Shown: one piece after another, positions 1-11,760 of the stretch
Numbering within the stretch: the first letter of the stretch is position 1
Layout of the letters: each line of letters starts with the position of its first letter
Assembly (NCBI RefSeq): GCF_001194135.2
Contig: NC_068981.1
Coordinates: forward strand, 23,895,708-23,933,998
DNA length: 38,291 nucleotides
DNA from: Octopus bimaculoides
Lineage: Eukaryota
Direction of reading: 5' to 3'
Notes under the pieces: model-generated
The model's database searches: none
What the model was told of the DNA's origin: nothing
Seen by the model: the letters and a program-made list of their open reading frames with translations, nothing else
Position numbers and translations under genes: made by a program

Positions 1-30
<30 letters not shown>

Positions 31-31
<1 letters not shown>

Positions 32-420
32 GTAAGTATAGGTTCATGCGTACGTTTCACCATTGCAGTTATGTGGAACTCAACATTGGAAGTTACAAGT
101 ATAAATGCATTACGGTTACCTCAACGAAGGAACACTTTATTGAATTCTGTTACAGAGATTTAATATCTGGAATTAGACACTAGCAAAGTAATTTAGAAAT
201 ATTTAGAGAAGGAAAGAGAAAGAAAGCAAATGGAGGAGAAGAAAAAATAAGGAAGAAAGAAATGACTGAACAAAATAGAAATAAACTGAATAAAATATGC
301 TGCGGGTCAAAGAAGACCTGAAAACAATAGCAGCAAAGAAGTGATTCGACACTCGTCATAACCCAGGAACTACCGAACCGGGCCCAGCTACTGGATGTAG
401 TATAAAGTCATACCCAGCAC
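31..420 (+). mobile_element. Probable decayed 3' end/3' UTR of a non-LTR retroelement ending in an (AAG)n tract
   Basis: A-rich coding-like sequence broken by stops, then a GC-richer block (cccaggaactaccgaaccgggcccagct...) abutting a long pure (AAG)n run. No diagnostic protein motif recognised. Confidence 0.35.
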
Positions 421-632
421 AGAAGAAGAAGAAGAAGAAGAAGAAGAAGAAGAAGAAGAAGAAGAAGAAGAAGAAGAAGAAGAAGAAGAAGAAGAAGAAG
501 AAGAAGGAGGAGGACAAAAGCAACAGCAACAACAACAACTACAGTAACAACAACAGCAACAATAACAAAAGCAGCAGCAACAATAACAAAACAATAATAC
601 ATACATACATACATACATACATACATACATAC
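421..632. repeat. Compound microsatellite: (AAG)n, then (GAG)/(AAC)/(AGC) triplets, then (ATAC)n
   Basis: Directly visible; explains the poly-F/S/L and poly-C ORFs at 356-713. Confidence 0.97.
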
Positions 633-1359
633 ACGCATGCAACACACATGATTAACAAAGCAACCAATTGTTTCATGCTGTATAAAACTCTTGCCAATCT
701 TCAGGTGACCCACTTGAAAATGTTGGTAAATCTACTCCATTTTGGATGAGAATACATGAGATTACGCGAGAGATTGTGGAGATCTTTTGCACTTGAAACC
801 ATCTGTTGCTTCCGTTAATCTCCCCAAACAAAGAACATATATCCACCATATGCAACGCTGAGCCATCATTCCCACTGTTTTATCTAACGTAGTACATGTT
901 ACGTGATATATATATATATTAAAAATGAACCAGTTATCTTACATTTGTCAAGTTACTTTCTGACTGCTTTCATCCAATAACTCAAACACACACGCTCACA
1001 CACGCACATACACATACAACACACACGCACACACACATAAATATGTAAGGCCATTCCTTCCATTGATAAGTAATATTATCTCATATGCTGCATAGAGAGA
1101 GTAAATAATAAAATATCATATTTCACAGTCGTTCATGTTCTTCATGCTCTTCTACTTCGTAGTTTATGTCTTTTTTTTCCCTCTGCTATTATACAGGAAC
1201 GTTTTGGTTATGTTCATTTTATTTACAGACGTGTTCGGTTATCCTTTTGTTCTTATATAGCTTTTGTTTGTGGGTTTGTCGTTGTCTACAATATGTCAAC
1301 AATAACTTACATATTAAGAAGTTAGAAGCATTAAGAGAGCATAGCAATTGTCTGCTTGC

Positions 1360-1382
1360 ATCTCTCTCTGTCTCTCTCTCTG

Positions 1383-1459
<77 letters not shown>

Positions 1460-1970
1460 NNNNNNNNNNNNNNNNNNNNNNNNNNNNNNNNNNNNNNNNN
1501 NNNNNNNNNNNNNNNNNNNNNNNNNNNNNNNNNNNNNNNNNNNNNNNNNNNNNNNNNNNNNNNNNNNNNNNNNNNNNNNNNNNNNNNNNNNNNNNNNNNN
1601 NNNNNNNNNNNNNNNNNNNNNNNNNNNNNNNNNNNNNNNNNNNNNNNNNNNNNNNNNNNNNNNNNNNNNNNNNNNNNNNNNNNNNNNNNNNNNNNNNNNN
1701 NNNNNNNNNNNNNNNNNNNNNNNNNNNNNNNNNNNNNNNNNNNNNNNNNNNNNNNNNNNNNNNNNNNNNNNNNNNNNNNNNNNNNNNNNNNNNNNNNNNN
1801 NNNNNNNNNNNNNNNNNNNNNNNNNNNNNNNNNNNNNNNNNNNNNNNNNNNNNNNNNNNNNNNNNNNNNNNNNNNNNNTATATATATATATATATGTATA
1901 TACATATATACATATACATATATATATGTATGTGTATATATATATATGTGTGTGTGTGTGTGTTTGTGCA
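1360..1970. repeat. (CT)n/(AT)n/(GT)n microsatellites flanking assembly gap 1460-1878
   Basis: Directly visible. Confidence 0.95.
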
Positions 1971-2365
1971 TATGAATATATTGCTTGTAAGCGGCAACGA
2001 TATGATATTATGCACAAAGAAGAGCAAATATACCTTATATTGTTGTGTTGTTTAAGTTGACTGCTTTTCTATTACTTACTTCGAGCTTCATGATAGACGA
2101 CAAACATATAACGGCGTATGAACTTATGTAGCTTCTCCACTATTTTAGTAGTGGTAAAAAGTAGTCAAATTAAGCACCAGTATCATCTATCTATATGGTG
2201 ATGATGATGATGATGATCGTAGTGGCGTGAAATTCTAGTCGCGAGACAAACTCTTAGCTTCCATTTTAGCAGAATATATATATTATAAGACGCTCTTGAA
2301 ATCAACAGAGTGCACTTGATGTAGTCATATTAGAAGTATAGTTCTCAAAAGGGAATAGCATATAT

Positions 2366-2418
2366 AATTATCACCATTATTATTATTATCATTATTATTA
2401 TTATTATTATTATCATTA

Positions 2419-2461
<43 letters not shown>

Positions 2462-2480
2462 CATTATCATCATCATCATC
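2366..2480. repeat. (ATT)n/(ATC)n microsatellite at the 3' end of the Dong/R4 element
   Basis: Reads (TAA)n/(TGA)n on the element strand, immediately after its short 3' UTR. Confidence 0.95.
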
Positions 2481-4930
2481 TAACGCTAGAGATGTACTAC
2501 GGTGTCAGCTGTTCACGACCAGTGAACTAACGTAACATCTCTTATTTTTCGAGCACCTTCCGGAGTATACTAGCGGTTCCAAGCAGTGCTGTTTTCTGCA
2601 AGTGTTCCACCCTTATTGCAGCTCCTATTTGTTCCACGTACTTCTCGAGATTATTGCTCACTGTTCTCAGGGCTCCGACAATTATTGGTTCTACTGCTAC
2701 CTTTTTCATTGACCTCAACTGCTTAACTTCCCAAGCTAACCTGTCATATCTCTCGACTTTTCTTTCTTCCTTGTCGCATACCTTGCTGTCAGCTGTGTAT
2801 GCTACATATATGATCCAGCATAGTTTGTTTTCTTTCTCAATTAATACTATGTCTGGCTTTCTATTCTCATGGTCACACTGAATCATAAAATTCCATAGAA
2901 TCTTTGCATTTTTATTTTCGATGATGCCTTCGGGTTTGTGGTCGTGCCAATTTTTTGCTCTGTCAAGTCCATACTTGCAAAGTGTCTGGCTATATTGTCC
3001 TGGCGTCTCTTATATTCTTTATGGGCTAGTGGCGTTCATTGGCTGGTTATATGCCATACTGTTTAACCATTTTGTCCACAGATTCTGCACTTATCACTTT
3101 CTGATGTATTGTCTATTCTGTATTTTATGAAGTTTGTTCTTAGTGCTTGCTCTTGAGCAGCACAGATTGGAGCCGCCGTTTTCGGTTTTAAATCACTTTT
3201 AGTCATCCATAGTCATCTTTTCTCTCTGTCTTTCTTATCTTCAACGTCCCTATGAAATTGACCATGAATTCTTTTCTTTACCCACCTATTTTCAGTTTCA
3301 TTCGTTTTCAATTTCTTGTACTCTGCTTTAACTTTGCAATCTTTCATCCAACACAAGCCTGACCTTCTTACTTCTAATAATAGCTGTTCTGTTGCATCTT
3401 TTACATACCATGCTATGTTATTTTTTCTGCTCTAATGCTATGTTCGCATCCAATAAGTCCACCTCCCCCTCTTTTTCTTGGTACATATAATCTGTCTGTG
3501 TCACGTTTTGGGTGGAATCTCCTATATCGAGTTAGCAACTTCCCTGTCTTTCTGTCTAAGCTATTTAGTTCGTCAACTGTCCATGCGATTACCCTTGCTC
3601 TATATCTAAGGAGTGAAACCGCCCAGGTGTTGCTAACTTCAATCTTATTCCGTCCATTTAATTTCGACTGCAGGATCAGACTCATTCTGCACAAGTACTC
3701 CACCTTAATTTTTTCTGTCATTTCTTTCTCCATCAATTTATCCATTTCCAATAGCTCCAATTACTTATAGCCCTCTCTTCTATCTGCTTCATAACCTCCC
3801 CCGAAGGTATCGATTGCCCGTCCATACATTTGATTTTGCCTCTCTACAAGACTAACACACCACACTTTCTCAGTCCGAACTCCATTCTGATATCAGCAGT
3901 GAAAGTATACACCGTATCATGGAGGGAACTGACTTGGGCTTGATCTTTACCATAACGTTTGAGGTCATCGCTAGCTTTTGCTTTCCTCAGAATCAGTGTT
4001 AGTGGTATCAAGCACAGTAAAAAAGATTCGTCAGGTTCGTCCTCCAATTCGCCATGCTTTTACCAAGCAATCGCTCAACATTCGATGCAATACTAAATAG
4101 TTTCTTATATTTCATTATCCAAGAGTGTGGAATCATATCGTACGCATTACGATAGTCGATCCAGGATATGGCTAAGTTACTTTTCCTCCTCCTTCAGTCT
4201 CTAAGTACAGTTTTGTGTATCAGGAATTTGTCCTTGGTACCTCTGCACTTACGCTTGCAACCCTTCTGCTCATGTGGCAGGACTCCATTTTTTCCAGAGG
4301 TTCGTACATTGACTCTACGAGTATTCCAGTAAATAATTTCTACATAATTGGAAAACAGGATATCGGCATTTAATTGTCTACCGTATTGCCTTTTTCAATG
4401 TTTCCCAAGCACAGCAATGTTCTACCCAATATCAACCACCCTGATGTTACTTGGTCGGCATTTAAACAAGGTGTTGAATTGCACAGCTATTCGTGCATGA
4501 CATTCACCAGATCTTTTGATCCAGTAGCCTTGAACTCCATCTGATCCCGAGACTTTCCAGTCGCTCATTTTTTTTTTTTTTTCTGATTTCCTTCACTTCC
4601 CTAACTGAAATGACTATTTCTGCCTGTTTGAGGCAGACGACAGTTTGTTTCAGTTCTTGCAGCCATTCAGCATATTTCTTGTGCTTCTTGTCTTTGCTCC
4701 AGATGTCACTCTAAAACATTTGAATTTCATTGTTATCTGGTATCAACTTTTCATCTATACACTCTCCATTTATTTCTTTGTAGAATCTCTTCTGAATAAA
4801 CTATTCTGGTGGTAAGTCTTCCTTCTTTGGTCGTATCTTACCATAGTTGCTTTCTTTGCAACGAGGCGTTGTTTCAGTTCGTCCATTCCCACTTTCAGGC
4901 CCTTTCTTACGATATCATACTTCCTGTTCA
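2481..4930 (-). mobile_element. R4/Dong-clade non-LTR retrotransposon, 5'-truncated and pseudogenised (RT, thumb, restriction-like endonuclease)
   Basis: Minus-strand peptides in the expected order: KYDIVRKGLKVGMDELKQRLVAKK; [25 protein letters not shown]; LAISWIDYRNAYDMIPHSW; DDLKRYGK..DIRMEFGLRKC; SKLNGRNKI..WAVSLLRY..LDRKT..RLYVPRKRGGGGL; RKPDIVLIEK..PIIVGAL..LQKTALLGTASILRKVL. Many stops and frameshifts. Confidence 0.93.
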
Positions 4931-4989
4931 ACAAAAGAAAATGACATAATTAGTAGCAGACTTAAACACAAAAGAAGAAAAAAATCCTA

Positions 4990-5300
4990 GAATCCATTTA
5001 TTTGATGAAAACCCTACAAGATGGTGTCACAGATCGGTTGCAGTCCAGTGACCAAAACAAGTAATAAGAAATATTTTGGCAGAAAATTTGATAGCCTATA
5101 GCTGTAATATACAGTTTCTGATTAGCTTGTTCTAAATTCTCAAGTTTGGTAGTGAGACAGTTAGTCACGTAGCCAAACGTTCCAATAATTGTTGATACAG
5201 AATTTACGCAATAGTTCAGATTGAATAGCAGAAGATTTCTCATCAATTCGGCGTAGATGTTTTCTTTTTCACAAACCTGTGCTATTATGTTGACATAATG
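4990..5300 (-). mobile_element. 3' fragment of a second, divergent REL-type LINE (endonuclease C-terminus)
   Basis: VNIIAQVCEKENIYAELMRNL..TIIGTFGYVTNCL, then frameshifted KLIRN..KIFL. This matches the EK..KY..L..PIIVGALG pattern of REL C-termini. Confidence 0.6.
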
Positions 5301-5329
5301 TCAGAGATTAGTGTAATGTTTGTACATAA

Positions 5330-5458
5330 GTGTGCATACGTGTATATGCGTATAAAAGTGAGTATGTTTTTATATATGTATGTATAGGTGTTTATGTGAA
5401 TGTGTATATGTACGTATGCATATATGTATGAACGCATATATAAATATAAATATATATG

Positions 5459-5491
<33 letters not shown>

Positions 5492-5870
5492 ATANNNNNN
5501 NNNNNNNNNNNNNNNNNNNNNNNNNNNNNNNNNNNNNNNNNNNNNNNNNNNNNNNNNNNNNNNNNNNNNNNNNNNNNNNNNNNNNNNNNNNNNNNNNNNN
5601 NNNNNNNNNNNNNNNNNNNNNNNNNNNNNNNNNNNNNNNNNNNNNNNNNNNNNNNNNNNNNNNNNNNNNNNNNTATATATATATATATATATATATATGC
5701 ATGTATGTATAGGTATGCGCATATATATGTCTATACATGTATGAGCATGTGTATATACATATACATATGTATATGTATGTCTGCTTATGTGTGTTTGTGT
5801 AAGTGCGCACGACCTTGTGAGTGTGTGTGTGTGCGCGCCCGTGTCTGTCTGTGCGCGCGCGTGAGAACGT
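5330..5870. repeat. TA/TG-rich low-complexity tract with gap 5495-5673
   Basis: Directly visible. Confidence 0.9.
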
Positions 5871-6225
5871 AATTTCCATCTTCAATCTATTACTTGATAA
5901 TAATACCTTTGATTTCTCTTATCCTTTTTCTGCATTTATTTATTGGGTTTTGTATTTTATCCAATAATATATTTCAACATACTTTATTTCTTTTACTTTT
6001 CCGGTAAATTTAATCTCAGTTCTATGTAATTTTGGGCTGCAGCACTTGAGGCATTCTAGGTAGTATGGAAACACATTTTGTCACGATCTAACATTCGGGT
6101 ATTTCAAACATACCTTAAAACACACACACACACAGACGTGCATATACACACACAGGCGCACGCATATACACACATAAGCACTCACACGCATGCATTTATC
6201 TACCTATCTACCTACCTGTCTAAAT

Positions 6226-6260
<35 letters not shown>

Positions 6261-6363
6261 CTTATATGTGTGTGTATATCTAGATTGATAGGCTGGTAGA
6301 TAGGTAAATAATTGCATGCGTGTGAGTATATATATGTATATATATGTATGCATGTATATATGT

Positions 6364-6439
<76 letters not shown>

Positions 6440-6440
6440 G

Positions 6441-6472
<32 letters not shown>

Positions 6473-6477
6473 TGTAT

Positions 6478-6590
6478 CCTCCTCAAACTTTTATACATCT
6501 TCTGGAAGGCATTTCCACCCAGTCAAAGGATTTTCTGAACAATATCAGACAATACAACTCTGCATTCCAAATGACATCGTTTGGTGTTAT
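6478..6590 (+). mobile_element. Helitron Rep/Hel N-terminal fragment
   Basis: [36 protein letters not shown] matches the conserved Helitron motif FL.NIR.YNS.F.(M/F)TS.G upstream of the Rep domain. Confidence 0.8.
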
Positions 6591-6689
6591 TATGTCGCGC
6601 GTGTCTATCAGTTTTCGTTGGTAGTTCATTGACATAACCATTTCTTTCTGGCCTGTATTCTTTATCTGAGTGATTTCTCAAACGGTAAC

Positions 6690-7380
6690 GTTGTGGTTGT
6701 GTACAATGTGCATCGCAGTTGGAGGAATTACCAGTGTTCTGTATGAATGCTCTTGTATATATTGAATCTTGTCACGGTACCCAGCTCTAGCTAGAGCAGC
6801 ATTATAATAAGATGTATGAGATTCGAACATTTTATTGTTAGCAGATAATCTAGAGACTCTTGTAGAAATATTCTCAACTAGTCTCCGTATAATCGAGGCT
6901 GGATGATTGGATGCTACGTTAATGAACTTAATATGATCATTTGGCTTATGAAATGGTTCAAATAATGCAGTATCAAGACAGAAGGTAGTGTCAAGAAAAT
7001 TCCCTCTACGATAACCTTTACCTTTACCTATAGTAAAGTTTAGACCTAAATTTTTGAAAAGTCTAAAGAAATTTTTCCTATGCCTTTCTAACTGTACTTT
7101 GCTATTTCTGTCTAGAAAAAAATAAGGCGTCATCCCTATATAGACCCTCTGTTACTTCCATAAAGGAAGATGGGATTAATGAAAGGATATATATTCCGAC
7201 CAGATCAGTGGCCTAAGCAGAATAATGTGAGACCATTGCTATATTAAATGCACTCTCCCTATCTAATCTACTCCATAATCTACCATCAAAATCTACTAGA
7301 GTGGCTGGCGCGGCAAGTATAATATCCATTTCGCGTCGGGACAAATCGGACTTTTTCATGCTAAAAATCGATCGTACTCT
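6690..7380 (-). mobile_element. Penelope-like element RT core/thumb, decayed (Neptune-like by motif style)
   Basis: FNIAMVSHYSA*ATDLVGIYIL, then EGLYRDDA (catalytic YRDD), then NFLDTTFCLDTALFEPFHKPND..SNHPASIIRRL..RVSRLSAN..YNAALARAGY. Confidence 0.88.
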
Positions 7381-7429
7381 ATGAGTTTGTGTGTCATGTA
7401 TGTATGTATATATATATATATATACACAC

Positions 7430-7590
7430 TCTCGATAGGCTGCCACACATTTTCCGACTACCAGATTCACTCAAAATGCATCGGACGACCTGGGGTAGAC
7501 ACTACATCAAGCTGCCACGTAGTGGGACTCAGTTCGAACCCGAAACCACGTTTTTGTAAAGCGAACTTCTTAACCACGCTGCCAAGCCTC
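7430..7590 (-). mobile_element. tRNA-derived SINE, family A (head/body)
   Basis: Reverse complement of the head seen at 36895-37030 (..ggttaagaag..gggttcgaactgagtcccactacgtggca..), with a microsatellite at 7395-7425. Confidence 0.8.
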
Positions 7591-8867
7591 TTCGACTTTA
7601 TAATCACATAACTGTTTTTTTTTTTATCGGATTTAAATCTAAGGATTGTGTTAACCCCTGTAGCACTCAGACTTCCATACTTCTGATGAATAATTCCTTG
7701 ATTATTGCTATGGTGTGCTTCGTTATTGTCATGTCGAAAAGAAGACACGATCAGCCTACATGGTACTTAGCATGAGGAAACAAAGTCTAAATAAACTGGA
7801 CTATTCATGATGCTCTTAATCTGGAAGAAAAACAATAAAGTTCTCAATCAGAGCATTGCCACTACTAAGGTTTAACCCCCGCATTTGTGTATCCTGGCAA
7901 AACTTCTTCTCTTCCATCATACGTTGTACGAACACTCGGCTATCAGAATCAAACAAATTAAGTAAAAATGAATCCAAATTAAAACGACAGGCCTGGCGAT
8001 GTCCGATAGATGAATACAGGAGTATTGGTGATGTTCAATACTCCTGAGCAAGTCGAAGACGGTTGTAGGTCATCAGGTTTTCAGAGAAAACTACGTTGTT
8101 TTTTTTTCTAACACAGAACCCGCCCTACTGATACAATCTACTTTAATCATTTTTTTATGTTAATGACACAAAATTGTATATGGGTATTTCTAATGAACGT
8201 CGTTCAACGGGTCACCAGCAGACATATTTCTGCTAACCATTAATAAATGGTGAATGCTTTAATCACTTCGGGCTACCTTGGTCGAGGACGGCCAGTATAG
8301 CTATTAATTTTGTTAAAGACACCCACAGGATGGTGAGTAACAGTTACAGAACATTCCGAATTTAAGCTAAATCTTGGAAAATCCAATAATGTTTCTATTG
8401 TTAAGACTTTTAGTTAATCCAGCAAAACACGCCTTACGATGATAAAATGAAAGTGTTATAAATAATTGTTTTGCTTCAAATGTTGTTTCAAATATCAAAA
8501 TGAAATAAGTGGGATTAATGTTTGTTGTTTTATGAATTCTATCAGCAATTACATTATGTTAATTAAATTTTTCCTGCTTAAACATTAAACATACATAATT
8601 TAAATGAATAAAAAAAATTCTCTTTGTATTCATTTGTAGCTTAAATCTGAAACCATTAAACAAACGAGAATACGGTGGATTGTCTTTTTTAAGCTGACGC
8701 CAACATATAATGCACCATAACATACGTAATACTGCGTATATGCATGTAAACAGACACACAAACATATGTACAAATTCTCTCCACACATATATGTACACAC
8801 ACACGTGTGAGTATGTGCATATGTGTATACATACATACATACATGCAAACAGACAAACAGGCAAGCA

Positions 8868-8868
8868 T

Positions 8869-8933
<65 letters not shown>

Positions 8934-8935
8934 GA
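8868..8935. repeat. (GATA)n tetranucleotide microsatellite
   Basis: Directly visible. Confidence 0.97.
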
Positions 8936-9799
8936 GATTGACAGATAGATATGGTAACATATCGGTTAGCGTCCATATACACTCCTAAAAATGCTATGCT
9001 AAATGGAACAAGAACATATGAAATTATTATAACATGGTATAAATAAGTGAATCAAGACTAATGGGTTTGTTCAACAGTAATACAAACATGCGAAGTTTAT
9101 AGACATCGCTAAACACCATACATATCTAGAAATTCGCTGCTGCATCCTCCAAGGACTTATATTTACAAACACTCATCTAATATGATGTGTTACATTGTAA
9201 TTTAAATATTTGATAAAATTAGAAAGCAGGTCTAATTATTTCATCCTATGATATGAAGTTTATGAAGCATGTTAAATCAACCAAAATTTATCATGAGTAA
9301 AGAGGGTAACTTATTGATTTAATTTAAAAGCATCTGTGAAAAATTGAAGAGAACCACAGCCTGGATCCTCCTCATCCGAGGGCCCAGGCCTTAAATGTTC
9401 CCTAAGATGATGATACAGGCTTTGGTTTTACGCCTTATATTGGTTACTTTGAAAAATATATCCAATACCGTCTGCAATTTCTTGAAGTTTCTCGCATTAT
9501 TCGATTCACATTAGCAGAATGTCATACCCAAATACTTCAATGTATCTGGCTGCAGTACTTCAGTCTTGATCATCCTCGTTAAACTGCTCCAGGATTTTGT
9601 AATCTTTATAGAGCTGTATGTGAAAAATACAGTAGTATGAGTTCCCTCTGCAGCTACTGGATGAACAGTAAGATTTTCGAACACGTTTTGATTGCGATGC
9701 CCTACTACCTCCTGTAGTTTCTCTATCTTTTATATTTTAACTTTTATCTTTTACTGGCTTCAGCCCGGGGCTGAGGTCATGCTGGTGCATCACCTGTAG

Positions 9800-10895
9800 T
9801 TACTCTGTGTTGTTTCCGGTATTGTTTTTGGTGAAGTAGCGAGTTGGACGGAGTTGCTCTTCTTAGCTTCTCCTTCCGCAATGTGGGTTCCTTGAAAAAT
9901 TCCACACCAACACCATGTAGATCTCTAAAGTTGCCTGGTTGAACAATTGCTGGCTCTTGAAACCCAGACTATTGCAGTACTGTGTCTTTATTTTAGACGG
10001 GGATACAGGATCTTTATTGTGATGCAGTGCTGCCCTGTTCGAGGATTGGTATAGCTATCAATTCCAAAATTGGGAGCTAAACCCTTCAAGATCTTCCAAA
10101 TATATATCACCGCATATCTCTCTCGTCTTCTCTCCAGGGGATTGAGACTCAACTCCTTTAGCCTCTCCCAGTAGCCCATTTTTGCATCGAGTCAATCTTC
10201 TTTGTGTATTGGCGTTTGATTGCTTCGAGTTACAGAGTTTATTTCACACTCTCTGGAGAGCATAGTTGAGAGCAGTAGTCCAAGCGGCTGAGAACGAAAG
10301 TCCTCCATTGGAGTAGCAGGGCCTCCCTTATTCTGGTTGAAAAACAGATATTCCAGTACGACTGCCAGCCAGCCACTCGCTTGCACAGTGTTGCCATATT
10401 GGTAATATGTACATGGAATATTGCACCATTTCTCATCTTAATCACTAGGTCACGTACCGATTCTGACTCTGGGATCGTATTACCTTCTGGTCCAGTGTAT
10501 TCTGATTTTAGCCTGTATTGGACCGATAGTGGAGTGCCTGAAATTTTATAGCATTGAACTGCATGTTATTTTTGTTAGCCCATTTATATCTTTCATTCAA
10601 ATCTTTCTGCAGTTCTATGATATCCTCTGGGTTCCTAACTGCCTGCAATACTTTTGTGTCGTCAGCATAACTGGTCAGATTGGCTGCCTGTACCGTGGAG
10701 GGCATGTCTGAGAGGGCCAGCACAAATAGTAGTGGACCCAGTACAGTTCCCCTGTGGGATTCCGCTGCGAATTGGTGTCTTTTCAGAGTGAGCATCATTG
10801 GCTACAACTGTCTGACTCCTGCCCTTCAGAAAAATCATGCAATCACTCTCCTAGTCACTCTCCCAGAAACTGCAGACGTCAGACCTAAGTAGACA
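9800..10895 (-). mobile_element. CR1-group LINE, 3' part of ORF2 (RT C-terminal half and thumb), pseudogenised
   Basis: SGIPQGTVLGPLLFVLAL..SYADDTKV..LQKDL..YKWANKNNMQFNAIKFQAL; FVLSRLDYCSQL; YWERLKEL..LERRRERYAVIYIWKILKGLAPN. Confidence 0.93.
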
Positions 10896-10949
10896 AGAGT
10901 TTAATGTTTAGCGATGTCTATAAACTTTAACACATCTACGATTAAAATT

Positions 10950-11580
10950 ACCTTGGAAAATGTGGACAAAATAAGTTATGATATGTTGGCATCGGTGTTC
11001 TCCAAGAAAGTGGCAAAAGAAGACATTATTGCTACAAGGAGAAAGGACGGATGTAACTTCTCATAACGTTAAAAGCAAACAGAATTTTTAGGTATTTACA
11101 ACTAGCTGGAGATAATTCAGAAGAATTCAGTTTGCAGAGTTTGTTTTGATATTCAAACGAAGATAACCTAAGCCTTCCTTAATGTTTGTTGCAACCGTAA
11201 GTGCAAACATCATGGCAGCCAATGAATTTCTCAGGTTTCTTAGTGCATCAGCTAGTGTGGAAAATATCCATCCCCATTTTGTATACAATGTAAATTAAAA
11301 CGCCCTTTTCTGAAAGATCGCCAACTCGCATTTTTATCTTCCGAGCAGAAAAATAATGCACTGAGCAATGAAAGAAGAATATAAAATATCAGAGCAGAAG
11401 ATATGGAGACGTTAAACAGAGCACATCTAAAGCAACTTGATATAGTGATATGCACACTATATCGCTCACATTATGCCTCAAATCCTGATGGAAAATTTGA
11501 GGAAAGCCTCAGTACGATATAGGATGTACCAACACAATTAGATGGGTGACTTCAACTTCCCCAACATGATGTGGCATATG
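10950..11580 (+). mobile_element. CR1-group LINE 5' part: Cys-rich ORF1-like relic and APE endonuclease fragment
   Basis: LDIVICTLYRS..FEESL, then frameshifted MGDFNFPNMMW (APE YRxP and GDFN motifs) at about 11410-11575. Upstream in-frame Cys/His-rich stretch (CNRKCKHH..CGK..CIQC) with stops is a weaker call. Confidence 0.65.
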
Positions 11581-11596
11581 ATAGATCGCTAGCTAT

Positions 11597-11760
11597 TACA
11601 CATTCTTTATTTTCTCTCCTTGTTTCTTTCTGTGTTCCTCGAAACGTAGGCTCGAAACGTTAAATACGTTTCACTTCCCGAGCGTTAAACTAATACATCT
11701 GATTGTTGTCTACACCACCTGCCTTCGTCTTTTGTTTTTTTTTTGTGAATTCTCCCTATA
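11597..11760 (+). mobile_element. Short interspersed repeat resembling a Penelope-type terminal repeat
   Basis: T-rich body containing ..cgtaggctcGAAACGTT.., the 3' half of a hammerhead-like motif as in the foldback at 21361-21405. Ends in a TA microsatellite and gap. Family identity is recalled, not verified. Confidence 0.45.

Noticed and set aside
8117-8332. 216-nt exon between a strong acceptor and a GTGAGT donor
   Set aside because: All three frames contain stops, so it is not a coding exon; kept only as a possible non-coding one.
11641-11665. Third hammerhead
   Set aside because: Only the GAAACGUU half is present; the CUGANGA core is absent, with a duplicated cgaaacgt in its place.
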